Source: Paraspadella gotoi
Taxonomy: Eukaryota; Animalia; Chaetognatha
Assembly: GCA_051294375.1 (NCBI GenBank)
Contig: CM119264.1
Location: 28,185,225 to 28,249,224, forward strand
Reading direction: 5' to 3'
Length of the DNA stretch: 64,000 nt
Position 1 is the stretch's first letter; each line of letters begins with the position of its first letter. The notes under the pieces are model-generated. The model saw only the letters and a program-made list of their open reading frames with translations, was not told the origin of the DNA and did no database searches. Positions 54,689 through 63,493 of this stretch are shown here, piece after piece. A program made the translations under genes and the position numbers.

Positions 54689-55448
54689 TTTCACATTGAT
54701 AACAAACTCTGTGAAAACATTTAATTCGCGGGCTGATGCAGACTTTCAAGAAAGTGGAAACCATTAATTCATTTCTATCAAAAATCCCATTGTTTAAAAA
54801 CAAAAATACAATTTCTTCTCTCAATAAAATTCCTAAACGCAACGAAAGAAAGCTATTGACACAATAATATTAACCTAAACATTTATTTTCAATTGATAAC
54901 CCAATCCCGTAATCCTAATCCCTAAAACCTTAATGCTAACCGCTGTATTTCCCCCCAAATTTCTAAAAAACCCCCTTAACTCGTAAACCCTAAATTCGGC
55001 TATATTAAATCCTAACTTTAATCACTTAGAAAATCCCTAATCTATCCCTAACCTTATCTTCCAACGTAAATTTTATTAAAAAAAATTAACCCTAATGCAA
55101 AAATTTAAGTTGAAATGGAGCGCTTTTGGAATAAGGCCAAACGGATATGTTAAATCGCCTAAAACAACCACTTTTTTTTCAGTTCCCCAAAATTCCCCTT
55201 TCCCGATCCCTCACCGCGATCTAGCCGGCGGAGTGTATCCCCACGGGCGATTCTCCTGCGATGCGGCCTGTCGCCGAGCATCTCTTGAAGATGGCACGCC
55301 AACCTTCCTCGTCAAAAGCTCGTTGTTCTTCGACGACAAAACGTCAAGAGAGAAGAAGGAGAAATCTTGGCGAATTCCGGGTTGGAAATCGTCCGATTTT
55401 GAAGAGCAGAGGCGATGGAGAGCAGAGAGAGAAAGAAGAGAGAAGAGA

Positions 55449-55491
<43 letters not shown>

Positions 55492-55517
55492 AGTGAGAGA
55501 GAGGGATAGAGAGGTGG

Positions 55518-55559
<42 letters not shown>

Positions 55560-55661
55560 GAGAGATGGAGGAGTGAGAGAAGAGGGTTATTAGAGTGGAA
55601 GGGGAAAGAGGATAGAGGAGGAAGAGAGGACAGAGGGCATGAATGAGAGAGAGAGAGAGAG

Positions 55662-55707
<46 letters not shown>

Positions 55708-57608
55708 TGAGAGAGAGAAGAGTGGAGAGAGGAAGGAACGTGAGAGAGAGAGAGAGAGACCACCTACCCTCCACGAGCGACGAAATCCGAGAGAAAGAAT
55801 CGTATGACCGACCTCCTCTTTCTCTCGTAGGCGACGAAGAGTCAGGTTCCCAAGAGCTGAAGGCTCATGGAACGCCTGAAGGATATATCATCACAATCAA
55901 TCATCAATCAATCAATCAACAATCAAATAATCAATCAATCAATAATCATCACAAATAATCAATCAATCAAGAATCACAAAAACGTACCCATATTCCTCAA
56001 ATCCACCGTAATGTCGACTGTCCGTTCTTGCTGCGTGATACATGCGCCTCGTCATCACCCTCCCGCTGGCTGCTTTCTTAGCGTCTGTAAGCGAATGTTT
56101 CGCCCTTGCGGATCGGGTGTCCGTCGGCGTCGAGGCCGTTCTCGGCGCGATACGGACCGAGTGAAGAAGAAAGAGGGACGACGCCCGGCCGTTGCTCCGT
56201 ACGGCGTGCGAGGTCGTCGGCGGAGCGTCGAGTAACGTGAGGGGCGTGGAGGCGTGACAGGACGTCTGCGGGATCCGCCTCTGGAGTTCGTCCGACCCCT
56301 CTTGGAGGATCTCCTCGAAAGTCATTCACCGTGTGCATGCTCTTGTTTTCCTTGATGAAGGGGAAAGGGAAAAAAGAGTAGATTAAACGTTATTACCTAG
56401 AAACATATATTGGATATATACCATATCCTTTATGTCTAAACCTATTTTAACCCATATCTTTACCAAATACTTGACTAAATTCAGCTAATCTTAATCCACT
56501 AACCAAATATTATTTCTTTTAATTAAATAAGTATTAAATAAATATTTATCTGCCCTGACTTTTGGACAGGCTTGGTGGTTTTAAGGTCTCCATCACTTTA
56601 CAGATAATGGACATAGCAGGTCAGGTCAGGTCAGCAGACTTTCATCCAAGAACTCTCTGAAGTCTACGTTTATTCATCACTATATCTGGCTTCCCTATCA
56701 TAAAGTGGAATAATGTTTTAAAAGAAAGATTCAATTGTTATGAAAATTCTGAATTAGCTTAAATCGGGTCACTTCGGAAAATATGGCCCTTAAATTTTCC
56801 CGGTTACTTGAGGCATTCTTGCGCATGTATTTGAGGTGTTAGGTGGGAATAGGTGTGTTGTTGAAACCGAACGTCGTCCCATTTCGTCGGAGTAGAACTG
56901 CGATCGAGAGCTTGAGACGAATTCGTCCCCTGATCCCGAAAATAGACAGATATGATCACGTGTAAGGATTGTTTCGTTGTATCCTTATCACTCCCCACCT
57001 CATGAACCCGAATACTTTAAAATAGATAATTTATTAATATATCTTACCCTATCGATTGCGAGTAGTCCAAGTTTATGTCGATGGAAGACATCGGTTCGTA
57101 AGCTTATGTTTACTCGAACTCGCTTGGGGCTACCACAGGGGCGCGTGCTTCCTCTTCGAGGAGATTTCGGATAAACCTGGTTTTGGCTAAACACAAGGCC
57201 ATGATATTTCTATAAAAAATGCTTTAGGCTTAGAGCTGAAAGGGAAAACATAGTAATAATAAACACGATTCAAATAAATAATACTACGCATCGGTTTGTA
57301 TTTGAGTGTTTTGAGATTGTCCACAATATTGATCAGACGCGTGACCGTGAGGTATTGAGCCGGAACGTCACGGTTGGTGAACGAGCTACTTGAGCTAAGC
57401 TGAGTTTTCACCAAGCCTAGCTGGAGGCAATTTTAGGATTCGCCACCATGCACTCTTTATAGTTATTATCATCATAACTTTCTCGCGTGGAGCTGCATTC
57501 TAAATAACAACGGCGAGTCCAGAATTTGGAACTCTTTTTTCAATTCTCTCTTTTCACCTTTGATTTCTCTTTCCATCTCTCATTCTCTTCAATCTCCACT
57601 GATGTCAC

Positions 57609-57643
<35 letters not shown>

Positions 57644-57666
57644 TCTCTCCTCTCTCTCTTCCATCT

Positions 57667-57698
<32 letters not shown>

Positions 57699-59839
57699 TT
57701 GCTCTCCACTCGCCTATTCCGCCAACCATCTCCCTCCAAAGAGAAACGTTGGCCCGACTTCTTCTTCTCCCTTCCTTCTCTCCGCGTTGTGGACGAGGAA
57801 GTGATGGGATGTCGCGCCATTCCGTGGCGGCGGCGGCCGGAAGATGGCGTTGGCTGCCCGAGGAATGGGCCATCCAAATCCCGAGGAGGAGGAAGAGGCA
57901 GCTAAATGCGAGGGTAGAGGAGGAGTCGTGGTTTTATTATTATTATTATTATTATGATTCTGATTATTTTAACCTTTATCAGTAAGCGGGAGGAAGAAAA
58001 ATAATTTAGGTCATATTAGATTACACAGGTAGTGTGGCCGAGTGGTCTAAGGCGCTGGTTTTAGGCACCAGTCTCTCTGTAGTCGTGGGTTCGAATCCCA
58101 CCACTGCCATTATTGTTGTTATTTTTTGAACCCTGTGGAAGGAAAAAATGATTATAGGTCTCTCTTTAGTAGAAAAATATTTTAGATCATTTTATATAAC
58201 ACAGGACGTGTGGTCGACTGGTCCAAGGCCCTTGTTTAAGGCTCCAGTCTCTCTAGAGGCGTGGGTTCGAATCCTACCACTCCTATGTTTTTGGATTGTT
58301 TTAATCATTATCAGTAAGTGGGAGCAAGAAAAAAAATTAGGTCATCCTTTATGTCCCAGGAAGTGTGGCCGAGAAGTTTAAGACCATGGTTTAAGGTACC
58401 ATACTCTCCTAAGGAGTGAATTCTTATCCCACCTCAGCCATGTTTTGTGATTTTTTGACACTTATCAGTTAGTGGGAAGGATATTTTAAGTATAAATATT
58501 TAAAGTTGGTTATCACCACTCTTTGTGTAGGCGTAGTTTTTCTTTTTTTCTACCTGCAGGTGCACGATTTGACTCGCGGGTGCCATCGACATCCAACATC
58601 CTTCCCTGCATCCGGGGATGGACGGCGCTGCATTTCGCTACAGCATTCGATCACCTTCATGTCGTCCAGGTGATTCTTTCTCCACCGATGAAGTAATGGC
58701 ATGGTTAAATTGGTTATGCAATAGATTTTCGCAAGAAGAATAAATTACGCATTAATATGTCTAATTATCTATGCTTTGTGAAGATTAAAACACTCGAACG
58801 GAAACCAGAAATATATATACACTTCATATATATACTAAATTTAGTAAAATAAATGAATAAACAATGAAATAGATAAATGAATAAATTAAATAAAAATTAA
58901 ACAAAAGAGCATCCACCCTTCTTTCAGCTCCTCCTCGATCGAGGGGTCGACGTCGAAGGCTTCCCCTCAGCCACGCCCTCTTCCGCCTTCGACCTCATCG
59001 CTCAACTCGTCGGCGATTCCGGCGCCGACTCGCGTCCCGCCGAGACGACGCCGCGCGTGGAGACGCCGCTCCTCCTGGCGGCGGCCGCCGGAAACAAAGA
59101 CACAGTGGCGGCGTTGATGGCGAAAGGCGCGGATCCGTTCTTGGCGTTGGGTGAGGACAGAGGAGAGAGAAAGGAGGAGAAAGGGGGAAGGGGTGAAAGA
59201 ACGTAGTTGTCGATAGTCTTGATATTTATCTTTATCTTCATATCTATCAAAAATTGAAGTCACATTTAAAAATGTAAGAAAGAGAGAAAAGCAACAGAGA
59301 GAAAGAAAGAGACAAAGGAAACAAAGAAGAAACAAAGCACGTCTAACTCTTTCTCATCAACAACTCTCTTTGCGGTGGTAGCGTGGCCGAGTGGTCTAAG
59401 GCGCTGGTTTTAGGCACCAGTCTCGTTTGAGGCGTGGGTTCGAATCCCACCGCTGCCAATGAGTAATTTTTTTTCCAATATTATTTTAAAAAATTAATAC
59501 AAATATTATAGACGATTTTTTAAAGACATTTTAAAGACATCCAAGGCCGCTAATCATCATTCCCCCTCTCTCCGTCTCTTCTTCTCCAGACTCGGACGCC
59601 TCCCCCTCCTCTTCCTCCTCCTCCTCCTCGGATTTGATGCCCATCCTCGGCACCAACGCCATCTCCGCCGCCGCCGCCCACGGAAGGCGCGACATCCTCC
59701 ACTTCCTCGTCCACAACGCGAAGAAGGAAGGGAAGAAGAAGAAGTCGGCCAACGACTTCCTCTCTTTGGAGGAGATGTTGGCGGAAGGCCGAGTTTAGGA
59801 CAGAGAGAGCAGAAGAGAAGAGAGACAGATGAGAAGGAC

Positions 59840-59872
<33 letters not shown>

Positions 59873-62266
59873 GAGAGAGACAGAGAGAGAGAGCAGAAAG
59901 TTGACATTCAGTAAAAAGGGGCACCTAGGTTAGCCGACAAATTCAAATTTTAATCGCGCGACAACAGCCATTAACACTAATCCATTATTGCTCCGTATTA
60001 ATTATTGTGTTCTTAAAATATTTGTTTTGCAAACACATGTTCCGAACCATGGAGTAATTTTGCCTAATTAATATTCATTATACTATTGCTATTATAATAT
60101 CAAACATCTTTTTTATTGGATATTTTAAGGTTTTTTTTAACTTTGATTTTGATAAGAACTTAAAAAAGTTACAGCACAAAAATACTAAATTACACACTCT
60201 TTTTTAACAATTTTGGGATGTTTTATTACTAAACAATTAGTAACAAACTGCCTCAAAATTCATCGGACATTGCCATGATTGATGGATATGACTCTTTATT
60301 CCTAATGTTTTTTTAATTTAACACCCACTTATCATCAAAATACTTAAAAAAAGAATTATACTTTGTGTAGATTAACTTTCTATACCGCTTTTTGCAATCT
60401 GCTTTTTACAAATTAACAAAAAATTCCCAAAAACAATTTTTTTGACATTTTCCTATCTATTAAATCAAATCATTAAAAAAATTACTATCACTCAATGGCT
60501 TCTTGCCATTTTAAGAAAAAAATTCTTGCTCCCATTTGAAAGTTCTTCTCAGAAATGTATGAAGTTTCATTGGGAAAGCGTTCCCAAATCAAACTTCTGA
60601 CCCCACCCCATTGACCGCAAGTTCTGGCCTCTAACATTCAGTGGAGATTGAGAGAATGAGAGATGGAAAGAGAAATCAAAGGTGAAAAGAGAGAATTGAA
60701 AAAAGAGTTCCAAATTATGGACTCGCGTGTGTTAATTTAGAATGCAGCTCCACGCGAGAAGTTATGATGATAATAACTAAATAAGAGTGATGTGGCGAAT
60801 CCTAAATTCGCCTCCAGCATAGCTTGGTGAAACTCAGCTTAGCTCAGTACTCGTTCACCAACCGTGAGTTTCCGGCTCAATACCCTCACGGTCACGCGTC
60901 TGAGTCAATATTGTGGACAATCTCAAAAACTCCAAATACACCGATGCGTAGTATTATTTATTTGAATCGTGTTTATTTATACTATTGTTTCCCTTTCAGC
61001 TCTAAGTCCTAAGCATTTTTTATAGAAATATCAATGGCCTTTTGTTTCCAAAACCAGGTTTATCCGAATCTCCTCCGAAAGAGGAAGCAGCGCCCCCTGT
61101 GGTAGCCACGCCGAGTTCGAGTAAACATAAGGCTTACGAACCGATGTCCTTCCATCGACATAAACACTTGGACTACTCGCAATCGATAAGGGTAAGATAA
61201 TATTTATAATTAATCTATTTTAAATATTCGGGTTCATAAGTGATGAAAGGAGTACAACGAAACAATCCTTACACGTGTCATATCTGTCTATTTTCGATCA
61301 GGAGGGACGAAATTCGTCTCAAGCCTTCGATCGCAGTTCTACTCCGACGAAATGGACGACGTTCGGTTTCAACAACACACCTAATTCCACCCCTAACACC
61401 TCCAAATACATCCAAGAAGCCCTCAAGGTAATCGGGAGAATTTAGGGCCATATTTTCCGAAAGTGCCCGATTTAAGCTTAAATTCAGAATTTTCATACAA
61501 TTGAATCTTTCTTTAAAACATTATTCCACTTTAATGATAGGGAAGCCAGATAATAGTGAGTGAATAAACGAGACTTCAGAGAGTCTTGATTGAAAGCTTG
61601 CTGACCTGACCTGACCTGCTATGTCCTTATCTTGTAAGAGTGATGGAGACCTTAAACCACCAAAGCCTGTCCAAAGTCAGGGGCAAGATAACTTATTTAT
61701 TTAATACTTATTTAATAAATAGAAATAAATATTTGGTTAGTGGTTAAAGATTAAGCTGAAAATTTAGTCAAATATTTGGTAAAAGATTATGGGTTAAAAT
61801 TAGGTTTAGACAAAAGGATATGGTATATATCAATATTTATGTTTCTAGGTTAACTAACGTTTAATCTACTCTTTTTTCCCTTTCCCCTTCATCAAGGAAA
61901 ACAAGAGCATGCACACGGTGATGACTTTCGAGGAGATCCTCCAAGAGGGCGTCGACGACTCCAGAGGCGGATCCCCCAAGACGTCCGTCGACGCCTCCCA
62001 CGCCCCCTACGACTCGTACGCTCCGCCGACGACCTCCACGCCGTACGGACAACGGCCGCCGTCGTCCACCTCTTCTTCTTCCTCGGTTCCGTACGGGCCG
62101 AGAACGGCCTCGACGCCGCACGGACACCCGGATCCGCAAGGGGCGAAACATTCGCTTTACGAGACGCTGAAGAAAGCGCAGCGGAGGGTGCTGACCGAGG
62201 CCATGTATCACGCAGCAGAGAACGGACACGTCGACATTACGGTGGATTTGAGGAATATGGGTACGT

Positions 62267-62305
<39 letters not shown>

Positions 62306-62576
62306 NNNNNNNNNNNNNTTTGATTGATTTGATTGATTTGATTGATTGATTGATTGATATAAATATCCTTCAGGCGTTCCTTGGAGCCTTCACTCTTGGA
62401 CCTCGACTCTCTCGTCCGCCTACGAGAGAAGAAGGAGGTCGGTCATACAGATTCTTCTCTCGGATTTCGTCGTCGATGGAGGGTAGGTGCTCTCTCTCTC
62501 TCTTCTCTCTTTCCCTCCCACCCCACCCTTCGTATCTAATAACCCCTCCTCTCCACTCTCTTCTCTTTCTCTCTGA

Positions 62577-62630
<54 letters not shown>

Positions 62631-62632
62631 CT

Positions 62633-62663
<31 letters not shown>

Positions 62664-63196
62664 TCTCTCCTCTCTCTCCTCTCTCTCTCTCTCTCACTCT
62701 CTTGCTTCTCTTCTCTCTCTCTCTCTCTCTTCTTCCTTCTCTCTCTCTCTCTCGCCTCCTCTCCACCCTCTATCTTACATTAACCGTCTCTTCTCTCTCC
62801 CTCATCTTCTCTTCTCTCTTCTCTTCTCTCTCATCTCTCTCTCTCTCTCTCTCTCCCACCAGCCTCTATCTATAAACCCCTCTCTCTACTATCTCTTCTC
62901 TCCTCTCTCTCTCTCTCTTTCTCTCTCTCTTCTTTCTGCTCTTTCTCTCCCTCTCTCTTATCTCTTCTCTGCTCTCTCCCATCCACCTCACTCGTCTTTC
63001 AAAATCGGAACGGCACTTCTCCAACCCGGAAATTCTGCCCCCCAAGATTCTCTTCCTCTTCTCTTCGACATATTTCGTCAGTCGAAGAACAACGAGCCTT
63101 TGACGAGGAAGTTGGCGGCCATCTTCAAGAGATGCTTCGGCGACGAGCCCATCGAGGAGATCCCCGTGGGGGGATACACTCCGCCGGCTAAGATCG
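22052..63196 (+). CDS. ABTB2: Multi-exon ankyrin repeat and BTB/POZ domain-containing protein gene, ABTB2/BTBD11 family (overall span; exons partly duplicated or inverted in this assembly, C-terminus not complete in window)
   Basis: Manually spliced, phase-compatible GT-AG exons give in order: LPELTSVPWS, RPLVRLARELQRL, GLQFPVGRFHRWLLD, LLQPWEHLVCGRNATGNLTLP, EQGLLATCIGSVEEL, WSKSALNCLFYFM, VLPPLFAWVRV..RQAARVLLP, MAFRMLTSGR..GMTPLMVAA, WTALHFA, ETPLLLAAAAG, AAAHGRR, EAMYHAAENGHVDIT, VPWSLHSW, BTB start. These match ABTB2/BTBD11 motifs as I recall them (e.g. SVGRFFRW, LLATCVGS, QEAMYYSAEHGYVDIT, VPWKLHIW). ABTB2 versus BTBD11 orthology cannot be resolved without a tree. Confidence 0.88.
23060..23550 (+). 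CDS. GC-rich exon-like block in low-quality sequence; frame unresolved
   Basis: Exon-like composition between two likely exons, but no recognisable motif or clean splice sites. Confidence 0.25.
24088..24322 (+). CDS. ABTB2: Probable exon (..VDSVSTFSS...GLKSDSVYQQ)
   Basis: CTCAG acceptor and CAA|GTGAGG donor; phase 0 matches the next exon. Confidence 0.5.
24863..25021 (+). CDS. ABTB2: Exon ELTYADKYNKLPELTSVPWSDRDVLNVLCEGRAKDVAANLPIDVVHRLSYLLQ
   Basis: AG/GTAAGG borders, 159 nt, phase 0-0; LPEL..PW motif of the family. Confidence 0.9.
25183..25392 (+). CDS. ABTB2: Exon RPLVRLARELQRLASHFRRLTRHDVTSGLRVILS...AKSTLAGLQ (H2B-like histone-fold region)
   Basis: AG/GTGCGT borders, 210 nt, phase 0-0. 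Confidence 0.9.
25437..25518 (+). tRNA. Intronic tRNA-Leu(AAG), with one acceptor-stem and one anticodon-stem mismatch
   Basis: 82 nt, A box TGGCCGAGCGG, anticodon loop TTAAGGC, variable arm CTC-TTCG-GGG, B box GGTTCGAATCC, T-run downstream. Confidence 0.75.
25594..25637 (+). pseudogene. tRNA-Leu remnant with internal deletion between the two TAAG motifs and no 3' end
   Basis: GGTACCGTGGCCGAGTGGTCTAAG joined directly to ACACCAGTCTCT. Confidence 0.7.
26093..26363 (-). CDS. ABTB2: ABTB2-like exon in inverted orientation (FPVGRFHRWLLDARV...LLQPWEHLVCGRNAT; H2A-like histone-fold region), one apparent +1 indel
   Basis: On the - strand it has a CAG acceptor and GTGAGA donor, and it joins in phase between the + exons ending GLQ (25392) and starting GNLTLP (27185). 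Confidence 0.85.
27185..27512 (+). CDS. ABTB2: Exon GNLTLPNGSVESLQ...(Pro/Gln- and Lys-rich)...SSPLQQT
   Basis: GCAG acceptor, GTAAAG donor, open frame, phase 1 end compatible with the next exon. Confidence 0.8.
27906..28120 (+). CDS. ABTB2: Exon ..VRAAISALSS...HVEQGLLATCIGSVEELKEL (second noisy copy 39984-40196)
   Basis: AG/GTGAGA borders; LLATC.GS family motif. Confidence 0.88.
28525..28825 (+). CDS. ABTB2: Exon VYVAMHF...WSKSALNCLFYFMK...ENHVHINYD, with indels (second copy 40582-40884)
   Basis: TTTCAG acceptor, AG|GT donor, WS..AL..L.YF motif. Confidence 0.8.
29797..30011 (+). CDS. ABTB2: Exon PYIVLPPLFAWVRVS...DADDVRQAARVLLPDSDCPPRPL..LTQ, with indels (other copies 38291-38407 partial, 41877-42107)
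   Basis: LPPL..W.RV and RQAAR.LLP..DC.PR family motifs; CAG|GT donor. Confidence 0.85.
30719..32849 (+). repeat. Complete but noisy copy of the intronic tRNA-Leu tandem array, about 13 units
   Basis: tRNA-like units start near 30719, 30878, 31049, 31220, 31408, 31574, 31753, 31930, 32051, 32233, 32403, 32584 and 32761, between exon copies 30527-30708 and ~32979-33100. Confidence 0.85.
32979..37920 (+). repeat. Indel-rich copy of the ankyrin-to-pre-BTB part of the gene (exon copies ~32979-33100, 33392-33659, 34123-34325, 35916-36328, 36460-36596, 37035-37239; tRNA-Leu(TAG) copy 33906-33996)
   Basis: Colinear with 58560-63720; differences are mainly scattered 1-nt indels. Confidence 0.85.
38965..39145 (+). 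CDS. ABTB2: Exon RFQTEMAFRMLTSGRLDLLTSAATLLGPNGLNAVNETGMTPLMVAAVAGEADMAAALIEA (first ankyrin repeat); clean copy
   Basis: TTTAG acceptor, G|GTGAGA donor, ankyrin G.TPL..AA..G motif. Other copies at 30527-30708 and 42641-42821. Confidence 0.92.
39156..39237 (+). tRNA. tRNA-Leu(AAG), array unit 1
   Basis: 82 nt, fully paired cloverleaf: GGTAGTG/CACTGCC, CTGGT-TTAAGGC-ACCAG, variable arm CTC/GAG, GTGGG-TTCGAAT-CCCAC, discriminator A. Confidence 0.93.
39314..39395 (+). tRNA. tRNA-Leu(AAG), array unit 2 (T loop TTCCAAT, G1-U72; may be impaired)
   Basis: 82 nt, same body as unit 1 with a few substitutions. Confidence 0.7.
39476..39557 (+). tRNA. tRNA-Leu(AAG), array unit 3
   Basis: 82 nt, intact stems, T loop TTCAAAT, TTTTT terminator immediately downstream. 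Confidence 0.9.
39634..39715 (+). tRNA. tRNA-Leu(AAG), array unit 4 (T-stem and acceptor-stem mismatches; possible pseudogene)
   Basis: 82 nt; T stem GTGTG/CCCAC and acceptor 3' strand CCCTGCC. Confidence 0.6.
39796..39834 (+). tRNA. 5' half of array unit 5, cut at a junction that jumps back to sequence matching ~27755
   Basis: GGTAGTGTGGCCGAGCGG...TTTAAGGC is followed by TTACAGGATAATAACAAACTCCCG, identical to 27755 onward. Confidence 0.75.
43902..43933 (+). other. tRNA-Leu-derived minihelix (acceptor stem fused directly to T arm)
   Basis: GGTAGTG-GTGGG-TTCGAAT-CCCAC-CACTGCT-A; the same short unit appears at ~31930-31965 and ~44727-44761. Confidence 0.7.
52179..52410 (+). CDS. ABTB2: Exon encoding the start of the BTB/POZ domain (very noisy copy)
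   Basis: CTACAG acceptor; mirror of 53313-53488; phase 1 matches the preceding exon ending AKI. Confidence 0.55.
52990..57900 (-). repeat. Right arm of a large inverted repeat mirroring ~47400-52950 (inverted exon copies 53313-53488, 55215-~55412, 55768-55875, 55988-56350, ~57717-57900)
   Basis: Reverse-complement colinearity, e.g. 51225-51270 versus 54365-54410. Confidence 0.85.
53313..53488 (-). CDS. ABTB2: BTB/POZ start exon, inverted copy (approx. DMEYVNNPDMSELQFLVEGRVFF.HRIILVNAS.RFKSLLT)
   Basis: After correcting a few indels it gives the S..F.VEG..F.AH...L...S.RF..L BTB signature; AG and GTGAGA borders on the - strand. Confidence 0.75.
58028..58109 (+). tRNA. tRNA-Leu(TAG) within the array (array-type body; one variable-arm mismatch)
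   Basis: 82 nt, CTGGT-TTTAGGC-ACCAG, intact A and B boxes, GGTAGTG/CACTGCC acceptor stem. Confidence 0.8.
58204..58285 (+). pseudogene. Degenerate tRNA-Leu(AAG), penultimate array unit
   Basis: Altered A box (TGGTCGACTGG), mismatched acceptor and anticodon stems, B box retained. Confidence 0.8.
58359..58440 (+). pseudogene. Highly degenerate tRNA-Leu(AAG), last array unit
   Basis: 82 nt, B box destroyed (GAATTCTTATCC); anticodon stem still pairs (ATGGT/ACCAT). Confidence 0.75.
58560..58669 (+). CDS. ABTB2: Exon (G)ARFDSRVPSTSNILPCIRGWTALHFATAFDHLHVVQ (ankyrin repeat)
   Basis: CTGCAG and CAG|GTGATT borders, phase 1-0, GWTALH.A ankyrin motif. Confidence 0.92.
58928..59150 (+). CDS. ABTB2: Exon LLLDRGVDVEG...VETPLLLAAAAGNKDTVAALMAKGADPFLAL (ankyrin repeat); partial noisy copy at 63815-64000
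   Basis: TTTCAG and G|GTGAGG borders, 223 nt open frame. Confidence 0.92.
59377..59458 (+). tRNA. Solitary intronic tRNA-Leu(TAG)
   Basis: 82 nt, fully paired: GGTAGCG/CGCTGCC, CTGGT-TTTAGGC-ACCAG, CTC-GTTT-GAG, GTGGG-TTCGAAT-CCCAC; long T-run about 8 nt downstream. Confidence 0.93.
59590..59789 (+). CDS. ABTB2: Exon (D)SDASPSSS...GTNAISAAAAHGRRDILHFLV...DFLSLEEMLAE (exact donor uncertain)
   Basis: CTCCAG acceptor, phase 1, AAAHG and LSLEE.LAE family motifs. Confidence 0.85.
59913..60633. mobile_element. ~720-bp AT-rich insertion flanked by an ACATTCAGT direct repeat, absent from other copies of this intron
   Basis: Direct repeat at 59904-59912 and 60634-60642; empty site GTGACATCAGTGGAGAT at ~57592-57608 (-) and similar at ~34471. 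Confidence 0.6.
61897..62260 (+). CDS. ABTB2: Exon ENKSMHTVMTFEEILQEG...LTEAMYHAAENGHVDITVDLRNM
   Basis: AAG acceptor, G|GTACGT donor, 364 nt open; EAMY..AE.G.VDIT motif. Confidence 0.92.
62374..62482 (+). CDS. ABTB2: Exon (G)VPWSLHSWTSTLSSAYERRRRSVIQILLSDFVVDG
   Basis: TTCAG and GTAGGT borders; VPW.LH.W motif. Confidence 0.9.
62985..63196 (+). CDS. ABTB2: Exon ..QDSLPLLFDIFRQSKNNEPLTRKLAAIFKRCFGDEPIEEIPV..PPAKI (5' border noisy)
   Basis: FDI...SKN....LA.IF..C.G..PI..IP motif; G|GTGAGG donor. Confidence 0.8.
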
Positions 63197-63356
63197 GTGA
63201 GGGATCGGGAGGGTGAATTTTGGGGAATGAAAAAAAAAGTGGTTGTTTTAGCGATTTTACATATTTCCGTTTTGGCCTTATTTCCCAAAAGCGCTCCATT
63301 TCAACTTAAATTTTGCATTAGGTTAATTTTTTTAAATAAAAATTACGTTGGAAGAT

Positions 63357-63493
63357 AAGGTTAGGGATTAGATTAGGGATTTTCTAAGTGATTAAAGTTA
63401 GGGATTTAATTAGCGATTAGGGTTAGAGTTAAGGTTAGAAATTGGGGATAAGGGTTAGCATTAAGGTTAGGGATTAGGATTACGGATTGGGTT
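63357..63493 (+). repeat. Degenerate telomere-like (TTAGGG/TTAGG) intronic tract (copies 37410-37550, 50390-50535, inverted 54900-55055)
   Basis: Multiple ggttaggg and attaggg units. Confidence 0.75.

Noticed and set aside
58028-59458. Amber suppressor tRNAs
   Set aside because: Anticodon TAG reads the Leu codon CUA; an amber suppressor would have anticodon CTA. Likewise loop TTAAGGC has anticodon AAG, not TAA.
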